Program-made: the position numbers and the translations under genes
Shown: positions 1 to 8,410 of the stretch, in pieces
How positions within the stretch are numbered: the first letter of the stretch is position 1
Layout of the letters: every line of letters starts with the position of its first letter
Source: Myxococcota bacterium
GTDB taxonomy: Bacteria > Myxococcota_A > UBA9160 > UBA4427
Assembly: GCA_965250285.1 (NCBI GenBank)
Contig: OZ252299.1
Coordinates: forward strand, 4,128,001-4,192,000
Length of the DNA stretch: 64,000 nt
Direction of reading: 5' to 3'
The notes under the pieces: model-generated
The model's input: the letters and a program-made list of their open reading frames with translations, nothing else
What the model was told of the DNA's origin: nothing
Databases searched by the model: none

Positions 1-268
1 TCGTGCCGAAGAAGCTCGCGACGGGTGACCAGGTCGTGTACTTCGCCTTCAGCTGCTGAAGCACCTGATCCTCGGCCTTCGAGAGACCGCCGCCGCCGTA
101 CTCGCGCGGCCAGGTGGGCGTCGTGTAGCCGCGTTCGATGTAGGCCTGCTTCCACGCCTCGCGGTCGTCGGCGGTCGCCTCGTTCCCGGGCCGGAGCGAT
201 TGGGGACAGTGGGCGTCGAACCAGGCTTCGAGCTCGGTGCGGAATCCATCCAGCGCATCTTCGGACAC
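1..268 (-). CDS. Acyl-CoA dehydrogenase family protein, N-terminal part (runs off window edge)
   Basis: Not in ORF track. Manual translation from GTG at 268 (AGAGGAG SD 5 nt upstream) gives MSEDALDGFRTELEAWFDAHCP...RGYTTPTWPREYGGGGLS, a typical ACAD N-terminal WPxEYGG motif. Confidence 0.85.
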   Translation of the reverse strand, partial: MSEDALDGFRTELEAWFDAHCPQSLRPGNEATADDREAWKQAYIERGYTTPTWPREYGGGGLSKAEDQVLQQLKAKYTTWSPVASFFGT

Positions 269-605
269 GGACACTCCTCTCGTCTCGGTGAGGCGCCCGC
301 GGTTCTGCGAGGGCGCGCGCGGCCGAGCACGAGATGATCCCTCGGGCGGCGCCCGCGTCAATGGAGTCGGCTGTCGAAAGCCGATCCGATCGAATCGCGG
401 CCGGGAAGGCCCAGAGGCGCCGCGCGCGGGATCCGCAAAATCGAGCCCGGGGACGCTCCCCGCGCCGCGATGGCCGGTTCGGACGCGCAATCGCGGCGGG
501 CGGGGCTCGCACGCGGGCGACCCACGCAGCGCCCGCCGACCCCCCCTGCGAACGGGCGGTCACCGCTCGATCAGCGGCGCACTCTCGCTGGCGCTCCAAA
601 CGGAG

Positions 606-636
606 AGGGCCGCGTCGATCGACTCGACGCGGCCCT
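606..636 (-). terminator. 13-bp GC-rich hairpin downstream of ADH gene, possible terminator
   Basis: agggccgcgtcga-tcgac-tcgacgcggccct perfect stem about 25 nt past the ADH stop; only a weak U-tract. Confidence 0.45.
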
Positions 637-661
637 TGGAGCTTTCTGCGATCACCTCGAC

Positions 662-1750
662 TCAGTCGAAGGTGATCACCTGCCGAGCGACCTGGCCCGA
701 CTTCATCTGCTCGAACGCATCGTTGATGTCGTCGAGCTTGATGCGGGCCGAGATGATCTCGTCGAGGTACAGCCGGCCGTCGAGATAGAAGTCGATGTAC
801 TTGGGCATGTCGAAGCGGAACGCGTTCGAACCCATGTACGAACCGGTCACGTTCTTCTCTTGCAACGTGAGATCCGAAGCCGGGATCGGCACCATCTCAC
901 CCATCGGCACCACGCCGACGAGCACGGCAGTGCCGCCGCGGCCCGCCATTGCGATCGACTGCTGGACGGTCACACCGAGACCGATGCACTCGAAGACGAA
1001 GTCGGCCCCGCCCCCGGTGATCTCGTGCACGGCCGCCACCGGATCGCCATCGCTCGCATCGACGCATTCGGTCGCGCCGAGCTTGCGCGCGAGGTCGAAC
1101 TTCCACTTCTGCGCATCGACCGCGATGATCTTGCCCGCACCGCGAATGCGCGCCCCTTGCAGCGCCGAGAGCCCGACGCCACCGCAGCCGATGATCACGA
1201 CGCTCGCGCCCGCCGGGATGTTCACCGTGTTGAGGGCAGCGCCGAGACCCGTCGTCACACCGCAGCCGATCAGCGAGGCCCGGTCGAGGGGCATGTCGTC
1301 GCGAATCTTCACGAGGGAGCGCTCGGGGCAGAGCATCTGCTCGGCGAATGAAGAAAGGTTGGCGAACTGGAAGATCGGATCGCCGCCCTTCGTACAGATG
1401 CGCGCCTTCATGTCGGGCGGGCGGCCTTCGAACTGGCCGGGGCAGAGATAGGGGCGACCGCCCGTGCAGAACTTGCAGACGCCGCACCAGTTCGTGATGC
1501 AGCCGATCACATGATCACCCGGCTCGAAGTCGGTGACACCCTCACCCACCGCTTCGACGATGCCGGCCGGCTCGTGCCCGAGCACCACCGGCGGCGGCAT
1601 CGGCAGGCTGCCTTCGATCACGTGGAGATCGCTGTGGCAGATGCCGGTGGCGGCCGTCTTCAGCAGCACCTCACCGGGGCCGGGTTCATCGATCTCGAGC
1701 TCTTCGATCTCGAGGGGAGTATTGAATGCGCGCAGCACAGCTGCCTTCAT
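662..1750 (-). CDS. Zn-dependent alcohol dehydrogenase (class III-like MDR)
   Basis: GICHSD, GHE, CGVCKFC..C structural Zn, GCGGVG NAD motif; start MKAAVL at 1750 with AAGGAG SD. Confidence 0.95.
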   Translation of the reverse strand: MKAAVLRAFNTPLEIEELEIDEPGPGEVLLKTAATGICHSDLHVIEGSLPMPPPVVLGHEPAGIVEAVGEGVTDFEPGDHVIGCITNWCGVCKFCTGGRPYLCPGQFEGRPPDMKARICTKGGDPIFQFANLSSFAEQMLCPERSLVKIRDDMPLDRASLIGCGVTTGLGAALNTVNIPAGASVVIIGCGGVGLSALQGARIRGAGKIIAVDAQKWKFDLARKLGATECVDASDGDPVAAVHEITGGGADFVFECIGLGVTVQQSIAMAGRGGTAVLVGVVPMGEMVPIPASDLTLQEKNVTGSYMGSNAFRFDMPKYIDFYLDGRLYLDEIISARIKLDDINDAFEQMKSGQVARQVITFD

Positions 1751-1825
1751 GACGCTTCTCCTTGGCAAAGTCGCTCGACCGATCACAGCGTTGCGAGTCG
1801 GCCGGGTTGAATCGCGTCGGCCGGC

Positions 1826-3298
1826 TCAGCGCCGGTCGTAATCCTCGAGCCTGGGTCGGGCCATCTCGGCCTCGAACCGATCGTAGGTGAATGGCCAGGC
1901 CGTGGGGAGCCCGGTTTCGTCCAGGTACCAGCTGTTGCATCCGCTCGCCCAGAGCGTGTGGGCGGCGGCCGCGCGGCGCTCTTCGTCGAAGCACGCCATG
2001 GCCTCGCGCGATACACAGAGCGAATCACATCGCCCGGCCGCGATCTCGTCGACGAGCTGAAGGATGTAGTCCATCTCGAGCTCGGCGACGTCGATCAGCG
2101 AGAAGTTGCCGACCGGGCCGTTTGGCCCGTTGAGCATGAAGAAGTTGGGCATCTCGGGCACCGAGATCGCGAGATACGCCGAAGGGCCTTTCTCCCACAC
2201 GGCGTCGAGCAGCCGGCCGTCACGCCCCGCCACGTGCATCGGCCGCACGAACGAGTCGACGCGAAACCCGGTCGCCATCACCACGACGTCGAGCTCGTGC
2301 AGCGTGCCGTCGGCCGTGCGGATCCCACGCGGTTCGAAGCGTTCGATCGCCTCGGTGACGACGTCGGCGTTGGGACGCGAGATCGCGGGGTAGAACGTCC
2401 CCGACAGGATCAGCCGCTTGCAGCCCGCACGATAGTCAGGGCGCAGCTTCTCGCGCAGCACGGGGTCGGCCACGCCCTGCTCGAGCGCCTGCTGGCAGGC
2501 GGCGTGCATGGCGTCGAGCAGCGGGTGCTCGCCGTCGACGAGGACGTTCGCGAACCCATCGATGAACTGCGTGCGCACCTCCTGTCGGATCTCGAGCATG
2601 CCGGCGTCATCGCGCTCGAACCCTGCTCGCTGCTCGGGCGTGTAGGGCACGTTCTCCATGGGCATGACCCACTGCGCCGTGCGCTGGAAGAGCTCGAGGT
2701 GATCGACCTGTTCGGCCGTGGCAGCGACGATCTGGATGGCACTCGACCCCGTGCCGATCACGCCGAGGCGCTTGCCCGCGAGGTCGAGATCGTCGGGCCA
2801 TCGAGCGCTGTGAAACGCCTGCCCCTCGAACGCATCGAGCCCATCGAAGGTCGGCTCGTTGATTTGATGGAGCACGCCGGTGGCCGCGATGATCACGTGG
2901 GCCGTGTCCTCGACCCCCGTCGCCGTCTCGACGTGCCACTGCCCCGCTTCGAAGTCGCAGCGCGTCACCTGTTCGCCGAATCGAATGCGGTCGCGCACGT
3001 CGAAGCGGTCGGTGGCACCTTCGAGGTACTGCTGAATCTCGTCGCCCGGCGCGAAGCGCTGGCTCCAGTTCGGGTTCAGCGCAAAAGAGTACGAGTAGAG
3101 GTGCGAGGGCACGTCACAGGCAATGCCGGGGTAGCGATTCTCGCGCCACGTGCCGCCGATGCGGTCGGCCTTCTCGTAGATCACCCAGTCGTCGTAGCCG
3201 GCCTTGCGCAGGCGAATGCCCGCGAGAATGCCGGCCATGCCCGCGCCGATGATGATGAATCGGAGATCCCGCTCGGGCCTGCGCTCGTGATCGGCCAT
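1826..3298 (-). CDS. Flavin-containing monooxygenase (Baeyer-Villiger type)
   Basis: GAGMAG, GGTWRENRYPG, FEGQAFHSARWP (FxGxxxHxxxWP fingerprint), GTGSSA, ATGF. Confidence 0.93.
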   Translation of the reverse strand: MADHERRPERDLRFIIIGAGMAGILAGIRLRKAGYDDWVIYEKADRIGGTWRENRYPGIACDVPSHLYSYSFALNPNWSQRFAPGDEIQQYLEGATDRFDVRDRIRFGEQVTRCDFEAGQWHVETATGVEDTAHVIIAATGVLHQINEPTFDGLDAFEGQAFHSARWPDDLDLAGKRLGVIGTGSSAIQIVAATAEQVDHLELFQRTAQWVMPMENVPYTPEQRAGFERDDAGMLEIRQEVRTQFIDGFANVLVDGEHPLLDAMHAACQQALEQGVADPVLREKLRPDYRAGCKRLILSGTFYPAISRPNADVVTEAIERFEPRGIRTADGTLHELDVVVMATGFRVDSFVRPMHVAGRDGRLLDAVWEKGPSAYLAISVPEMPNFFMLNGPNGPVGNFSLIDVAELEMDYILQLVDEIAAGRCDSLCVSREAMACFDEERRAAAAHTLWASGCNSWYLDETGLPTAWPFTYDRFEAEMARPRLEDYDRR

Positions 3299-3428
3299 GA
3301 CCCGAGTCTAAGCCGCACCCGCCCGCCGTGGAATGGCCTGGCAGCGCGAAGAGGGAGGCTGACGCAGGAAGGCAGTCGGCTCCGGCGCGGGTGCCCGTCT
3401 TCGCGCGGAAGCCCCCGGCGCGACCGGT

Positions 3429-4970
3429 TCAGTCGAGGGGAAGGGGCGCGTCGTCGACCGACGCGAGACCCGCGTGCGTCGCGACGAGGTCGACCCGCCA
3501 CGTGCTGCCGCCGAGATCGGGCTCGAAGGCGCCGCCCTCACCGAGGCGCCAGTAGTGCAGGAGCGCTTCGTCGCCACTCAGGTCGAGCGCGTGACCGCCG
3601 GCGTCGATGGCGGCGATCTCGGCGGCCTCGAGCGGGCGAGCGTAGATCGCCGTGTGGCCGATCCGCCCTGCGTAGCCTTCGCCGATGCGAATCGCGCCGG
3701 TGAGTGCGCTCGGAGCGGCTCCATCGGTCAGCACGGCGACGCTCGACGGCGCGACCGCGGCGCCGGCGATGATCAGTCGGACGGGCGCGCTGGCATCGGG
3801 GTCGATGACCACGGCCACGTGCTGCCAGACGTCGTGCGTGACGGCATCGGCGAAGGTCGCCTCGTAGAGCACGTCTCCAGCCGCACTGCGCAGCGAAACG
3901 AGCAGGGCGGTGCCATCGATCAGGTCGACGTCCAGGGCGCTGTCGTCGACGTCGCTCGAGACCGAGAGGAGACCGCGCAGCTCGTCGGCGCTCGTCCAGG
4001 GCCGCAGCCAGGTCGAAAGCGTGAGACCGCCGTCGATCGCGTCGTCGATCGAACCCACGAGATGAGAGCCGCTGCCGTCGAACTCGATCGAGCGCCAGTC
4101 GCCTTCTACGGTCGTCGTGTCGCGGCGCGCGTCGGCGTTGGCATCACTGCTCGCAGCATCGCCCGTCACCGACGACGCGGCCGGGCTCGCGGTCGTCGGC
4201 GAAGCCATGCCGGCCGAAGGCGCGGCCATCGCAGCGCTCGCCGCCATCGCGTCCTCGATCAGATCGTCGCCCGTCACCGTGATCGTGTTCGACGGTGCCG
4301 ACGTGATGCGATCGCCGTAGGCGTAGAGGGTGAGCTCGTAGTCCTGGTCGGTCTCGAGATCGACCGGATAGCTCAGCCGGTCGTTCGCGATCTCGTTCGC
4401 CGACCCAAGCGGGATGTTCACCGTGCGGTAGTCGCCGCCACCGACCACGTCGATGTCGAGCCGGTAGCCCGCGACGCCTTCAGAGGGCGAGGGCACCCAG
4501 CGAGCGGCATAAGCCACGACCGACGGCACGGCCGGCGCGGGCGGTTCCGGGGCCGGCGGCGGGGGTGCGGGAGGCGCCGGCGGTGCCGGGGCAGGCGGTG
4601 CCGGGGCCGGCGGCGGGGTCGGTGCGTCGCCGCCTCCGTTGGTGACACCACCGCCGCTGCTGCCAGAGCCCGAGTTGCCACCGCCAGTGCTGCCACCCGA
4701 GCCGGAGTTGTCACCGCCGGTGCTACCACCCGAGCCCGAGTTGCCACCGCCGATGCTGACGATGTCTCCGATCTCGAAGGGCGGCGTGTAGCCGGTGTCA
4801 CCGGGCTGCAGCTCCTCGACGAAGCTGCACGCGCCGCTGGTCGCCACGATCAGACTCAGGAGCCCAGCGCGAATCCAGCCCGAAACGGAGGGGCGGCGTC
4901 GGGGCTCGCTCGAGGCGAGGAGATGTGCGTGGCCGGTGACTGTCATCGAAGAACTCATCGCCCCGCCCAC
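3429..4970 (-). CDS. Secreted/lipoprotein with Gly-Ser and Pro-Ala linkers, FN3-like and LamG/concanavalin-like domains (start uncertain)
   Basis: Hydrophobic stretch ending TSGAC (lipobox-like); GGxNSGSGGST x3; Pro-rich linker; WVPSPSEGVAGY...YELTLYAY..SAPSN FN3-like; FDGSGSH, TLSTWLRP, WQHVAVV, IYARPL, YWRLGEG LamG-like. Confidence 0.7.
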   Translation of the reverse strand: MGGAMSSSMTVTGHAHLLASSEPRRRPSVSGWIRAGLLSLIVATSGACSFVEELQPGDTGYTPPFEIGDIVSIGGGNSGSGGSTGGDNSGSGGSTGGGNSGSGSSGGGVTNGGGDAPTPPPAPAPPAPAPPAPPAPPPPAPEPPAPAVPSVVAYAARWVPSPSEGVAGYRLDIDVVGGGDYRTVNIPLGSANEIANDRLSYPVDLETDQDYELTLYAYGDRITSAPSNTITVTGDDLIEDAMAASAAMAAPSAGMASPTTASPAASSVTGDAASSDANADARRDTTTVEGDWRSIEFDGSGSHLVGSIDDAIDGGLTLSTWLRPWTSADELRGLLSVSSDVDDSALDVDLIDGTALLVSLRSAAGDVLYEATFADAVTHDVWQHVAVVIDPDASAPVRLIIAGAAVAPSSVAVLTDGAAPSALTGAIRIGEGYAGRIGHTAIYARPLEAAEIAAIDAGGHALDLSGDEALLHYWRLGEGGAFEPDLGGSTWRVDLVATHAGLASVDDAPLPLD

Positions 4971-5197
4971 CCCGACGCCGGGTGACGGCCGTCACCGGGG
5001 GGTTCGCCCCTCTCTCTTTTTTCGGAATTCTTCGAGCGACCCGATCTGGATCACACTCAGGGCGAACTGAGGGGGTCTAGAGGAAGTCGGCCCACCGAAA
5101 GATGAGCGGTTTCCCCGCGGGTCAAGTCACTTCGGTGCGAACGGCGGGCACCCGATCGCGGCTTGATGGGCCGACCGCCCTGCCCCACGCTGCGGAC

Positions 5198-6007
5198 ATG
5201 CCGATCGACCGCATCCGCGACATCGACCTCTACTGGGAACGCGCCGGCGATGGCCCGCCGCTGCTCTTCATCGGGGGCTCGGGCGGTGATCTGCGGCAGA
5301 AGCCGAACGTGCTCGACGGCCCCTTCCCGCGACACTTCGATGTGGTCGCGTTCGACCAGCGAGGACTTGGCCGGACGAGCCACCCCGACACGCCCTACAC
5401 GATGGCCGACTACGCGCACGACGCGGCGGGTCTGCTCGATACGATCGGTTGGGATCGATGCAACGTCGTCGGCGTCTCGTTCGGCGGCATGGTCGCGCAG
5501 GAGCTCGCTGTGACCTTCCCGGATCGCATCCGGAAGCTCGTGCTGTGCTGCACGTCGAGCGGCGGCGAAGGGGGCGCGTCGTACCCGCTGCACGAGCTCG
5601 AGCGCATGCCGGCCGAAGAGCGCGCCGTTCGCTCCCTCGAGATCGGAGATACCCGGCACGACGCCGCATGGCGAGCGGCCCATCCCGATGTCGCGGCGAA
5701 TCTGATCCAGCTGCAGCACGACATGCAGGCGCTCGGTGCGCACGAACCCGATCGCATGATGGGCTACCGCCGCCAGCTCGAAGCGCGCCGAGATCACGAC
5801 ACCTGGTCGCGTCTGCCGGCGCTCACGATGCCGGTGCTGGTCTGCGGCGGGCGATTCGATGGCATCGCGCCGCCCGCGAATCAGCAAGCGCTCGAGCGAC
5901 AGATCCCGAACGCCACCCTCGAGATGTTCGATGGCGGGCACGTGTTCATGATGCAGGACCGCTCGGCGTTCCCGCGCATGATCGAGTTTCTCGAAGCCGA
6001 GGCTTGA
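5198..6007 (+). CDS. Alpha/beta fold hydrolase
   Basis: FDQRGLGRT, GVSFGG nucleophile elbow, D and GGH triad residues. Confidence 0.92.
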   Translation: MPIDRIRDIDLYWERAGDGPPLLFIGGSGGDLRQKPNVLDGPFPRHFDVVAFDQRGLGRTSHPDTPYTMADYAHDAAGLLDTIGWDRCNVVGVSFGGMVAQELAVTFPDRIRKLVLCCTSSGGEGGASYPLHELERMPAEERAVRSLEIGDTRHDAAWRAAHPDVAANLIQLQHDMQALGAHEPDRMMGYRRQLEARRDHDTWSRLPALTMPVLVCGGRFDGIAPPANQQALERQIPNATLEMFDGGHVFMMQDRSAFPRMIEFLEAEA

Positions 6008-6120
6008 CCCGAGCCCGCGTCAGTGCGCGCCGTGCTCATGACCCGGGGCCGCGTCAGTGCGCGCCGTGCTCATGCGCCGGGGCCGAGTCAGTGCGCGCCG
6101 TGCTCATGCGCCGGGGCCGC
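6005..6120. repeat. 34-bp tandem repeat (about 3 copies) spanning two convergent stop codons
   Basis: tcagtgcgcgccgtgctcatg recurs at 6020, 6054 and 6088; the third copy is the PCuAC gene 3' end. Confidence 0.95.
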
Positions 6121-6570
6121 TGCAGGCGCGCGGCGCACCTCGGCCACGACGACGAGCTCGTCCTGCCCTTCGACGGCGAACCGGATCTCGACCTTCTGGC
6201 CGAGCTCGAGCTTCTCGGGTCGGATGAACATCACGTGCAGCCCACCGGGTTCGAGGACGACCTCGCCGCCGCTCGGCACCTCGATCGCGTCGATGCGGCG
6301 CATGCGCGCGACGCCTTCCTCGACCCAGCTTCGGTGGATCTCGGTGCGCGCCGCCACGTCACTCGCGACGCCGACGACGCGGATCGGCTCGGCGCCGGCG
6401 TTCTCGAACACGAGGTAGCCGGCTGCGTTGGCCCCCGGCGGCGGCTGACGAACCCAGGCGCCCGACACTTCGAGGTCGTCGGCGGAGGCGCCCGTCGTGG
6501 CGCTCATGGCGATCGGCACGAGCGCGAGTAGAGATAGAAGAAGCAGGCGCCCCCCGCCCGGTCGAGCCAT
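6088..6570 (-). CDS. Periplasmic copper chaperone PCu(A)C
   Basis: Signal peptide, AWVR..PPG..AAGY, EIH...RM, LEPGGLHVM, His-rich tail HEHGAH; TGATG-coupled to the SCO gene. Confidence 0.92.
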   Translation of the reverse strand: MARPGGGRLLLLSLLALVPIAMSATTGASADDLEVSGAWVRQPPPGANAAGYLVFENAGAEPIRVVGVASDVAARTEIHRSWVEEGVARMRRIDAIEVPSGGEVVLEPGGLHVMFIRPEKLELGQKVEIRFAVEGQDELVVVAEVRRAPAAAPAHEHGAH

Positions 6571-7250
6571 CACGTATCGCTCCGATCGACGGCCTGAATA
6601 CGGCGCACCAGATCGACGAAGGCCGCAGCGTCGGTCGGTTCGTGCAGGATCGCGTGGAGCCGCGCGTCGGGACCCACGAGAAAGAGAGACGAGGCGTGGT
6701 CGACCAGATAGCCCTCGGCGCCTGGTGTTCGGGGCTGTGCCTTGTTGTAGGCGCCGATGGCGCGCGTCAATCGCTCGATCTCACCGGGCTCTCCCGTCGC
6801 GCCGCGCAGCGCCGGGTGGAAGAACGAGACGTACTCGGCCATGCGGTCGATGTCGTCTCGGGCCGGGTCGACCGAGACGAAGACCACGCTCGGATCACCG
6901 GTCTCGACCAGCAGATCCTGCACGGGCGACAGGCTCTGCAGCGTCGTCGGGCAGATGTCGGGGCAGTACGTGTACCCGAAGAAGAGGAGGCTCCAGCCCC
7001 CCTCGAGCGAGCCGCGGGTGAACGGGGCGCCTTCGTGGTCGACCAGCTCGAACGAGTCGATCGCGAGCGTCACCGGCAACACGTGAACGTCTTGGCCGAA
7101 ATCGGGGACCGGCGGCGGCGCGCTGCGCCAGAGCACGGCACCGAAGCCGACGAGCACGGCGACGACGATCGCGCCCAGCACGATCGCGCTGCGATCGCCC
7201 TCGTCCTGCGGATCCTCGCCGGGCGGTGATGCTTGAAGCGGTTGGGACAT
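6570..7250 (-). CDS. SCO family copper protein
   Basis: N-terminal TM helix, FFGYTYCPDICP (CxxxC), SVDPARD, YLVDH. Confidence 0.95.
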   Translation of the reverse strand: MSQPLQASPPGEDPQDEGDRSAIVLGAIVVAVLVGFGAVLWRSAPPPVPDFGQDVHVLPVTLAIDSFELVDHEGAPFTRGSLEGGWSLLFFGYTYCPDICPTTLQSLSPVQDLLVETGDPSVVFVSVDPARDDIDRMAEYVSFFHPALRGATGEPGEIERLTRAIGAYNKAQPRTPGAEGYLVDHASSLFLVGPDARLHAILHEPTDAAAFVDLVRRIQAVDRSDT

Positions 7251-7475
7251 GAGCCACGTGGTTTGCGCGGGCGGGGGCGCAACGCGCGCGTTCGTTCGAA
7301 GGTAGTGCAGGCACCCGGGAAGCGGCGGGTTCGAACCCGCCACCGAGCGTTGCGACCCGGCAAGCGTTGCGACCCGACCCCGGGGTGCCCACGACGGCCG
7401 CGGCGGCTCGACGCGCTCACGCGGCCGACCCGGGCCGACGAGCGCCGGCCGCGGCCGGTGCCGCGCGGCGCCGGG

Positions 7476-8108
7476 TCAGGCGGCGGTGAAGAGCGCGCGC
7501 ACCCGCTCGACGGTCTCGGGCGACGCGGTGTCGGGCGTCCCCGAATCGAAGGGCGGGCTCGGCGCGTACTCGAGCCCGAGCTGGACCGCGCGCGCCAGAT
7601 CCTCGCCGGCGACCTCGGCCATCAGCGCGAGACCGAAGTCGATGCCGGCGGTCACGCCGCCCCCGGTCGCTCGGTTTCGATCGATCACCCAACGCGAGCG
7701 GACGGGCTTTGCGCCGAACTGCTCGAGCATTTCGAGCGCCATCCAGTGGGTCGTCGCTTCGTGTCCCTCGAGCAGACCCGATGCGCCGAGCACGAGCGCC
7801 CCCGTGCAGACGCTCGTCACCCAGTCGGCCTGGGCGCCGCGCGCGCGCATGAAGTCGGTGACCTCGGCGTCGCCCATCACCGCGAACGTGCCCTCGAGGC
7901 CGCCCGGCGAGAAGATGATGTCGGGGTCGGTCCATGCGTCGTCGAATGCCTGGCCGGGCACGACGGCCATTCCGGTATCGGTCATCACGGGATCGGTCGA
8001 CTTCCATACGGTCTGGGTCTCGGCCTCGGGCCAGAGCGACCACACCTGCAGTGGACCCACGAGGTCGAGCAGGGTCATGCCCGGATACACGAGGAGCTGA
8101 ATCTTCAT
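7476..8108 (-). CDS. DJ-1/PfpI family protein (isonitrile hydratase-like)
   Basis: LDLVGP, SVCTGALVLG, ATTHW, GGVTAGIDF, LEYAPSPPFDSG; start MKIQLL after GGAGG. Confidence 0.9.
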   Translation of the reverse strand: MKIQLLVYPGMTLLDLVGPLQVWSLWPEAETQTVWKSTDPVMTDTGMAVVPGQAFDDAWTDPDIIFSPGGLEGTFAVMGDAEVTDFMRARGAQADWVTSVCTGALVLGASGLLEGHEATTHWMALEMLEQFGAKPVRSRWVIDRNRATGGGVTAGIDFGLALMAEVAGEDLARAVQLGLEYAPSPPFDSGTPDTASPETVERVRALFTAA

Positions 8109-8410
8109 CGTTCGAGACCTCCGCGGCCGTCGCCCGCCGGCGCGGCCGCACCGGTTCATCCCAGCAGTCGCGACGTCTCGCCGAGCCGTGGGGCGGCAGA
8201 TCAAGGTGCGTCGTCGGTCGCCGACGTGCGCCGAGTCGGATGGTATCGACCCCGCCCTTCGGCCGCCGCGCGCTACGGGCACCGAGCATCGGGGGGGCGC
8301 GCGTCGCGCGTCGTCATGCAGGGATCACGCCGTCACCCGTTTCAGGGGGATCGACGCAGAAGGCGTCGTGATACGCTCGAAAGCGTTCCCCGAACCACCA
8401 GGAGCCCCCC

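Noticed and set aside
6005..6120. 34-bp periodic repeat as a mini CRISPR array
   Set aside because: No unique spacers, the unit is a gene 3' end, and there are no cas genes
7324..7345. GGGTTCGAACCC resembling a tRNA T-arm
   Set aside because: It is a plain palindrome; no D-arm, anticodon arm or acceptor stem could be built
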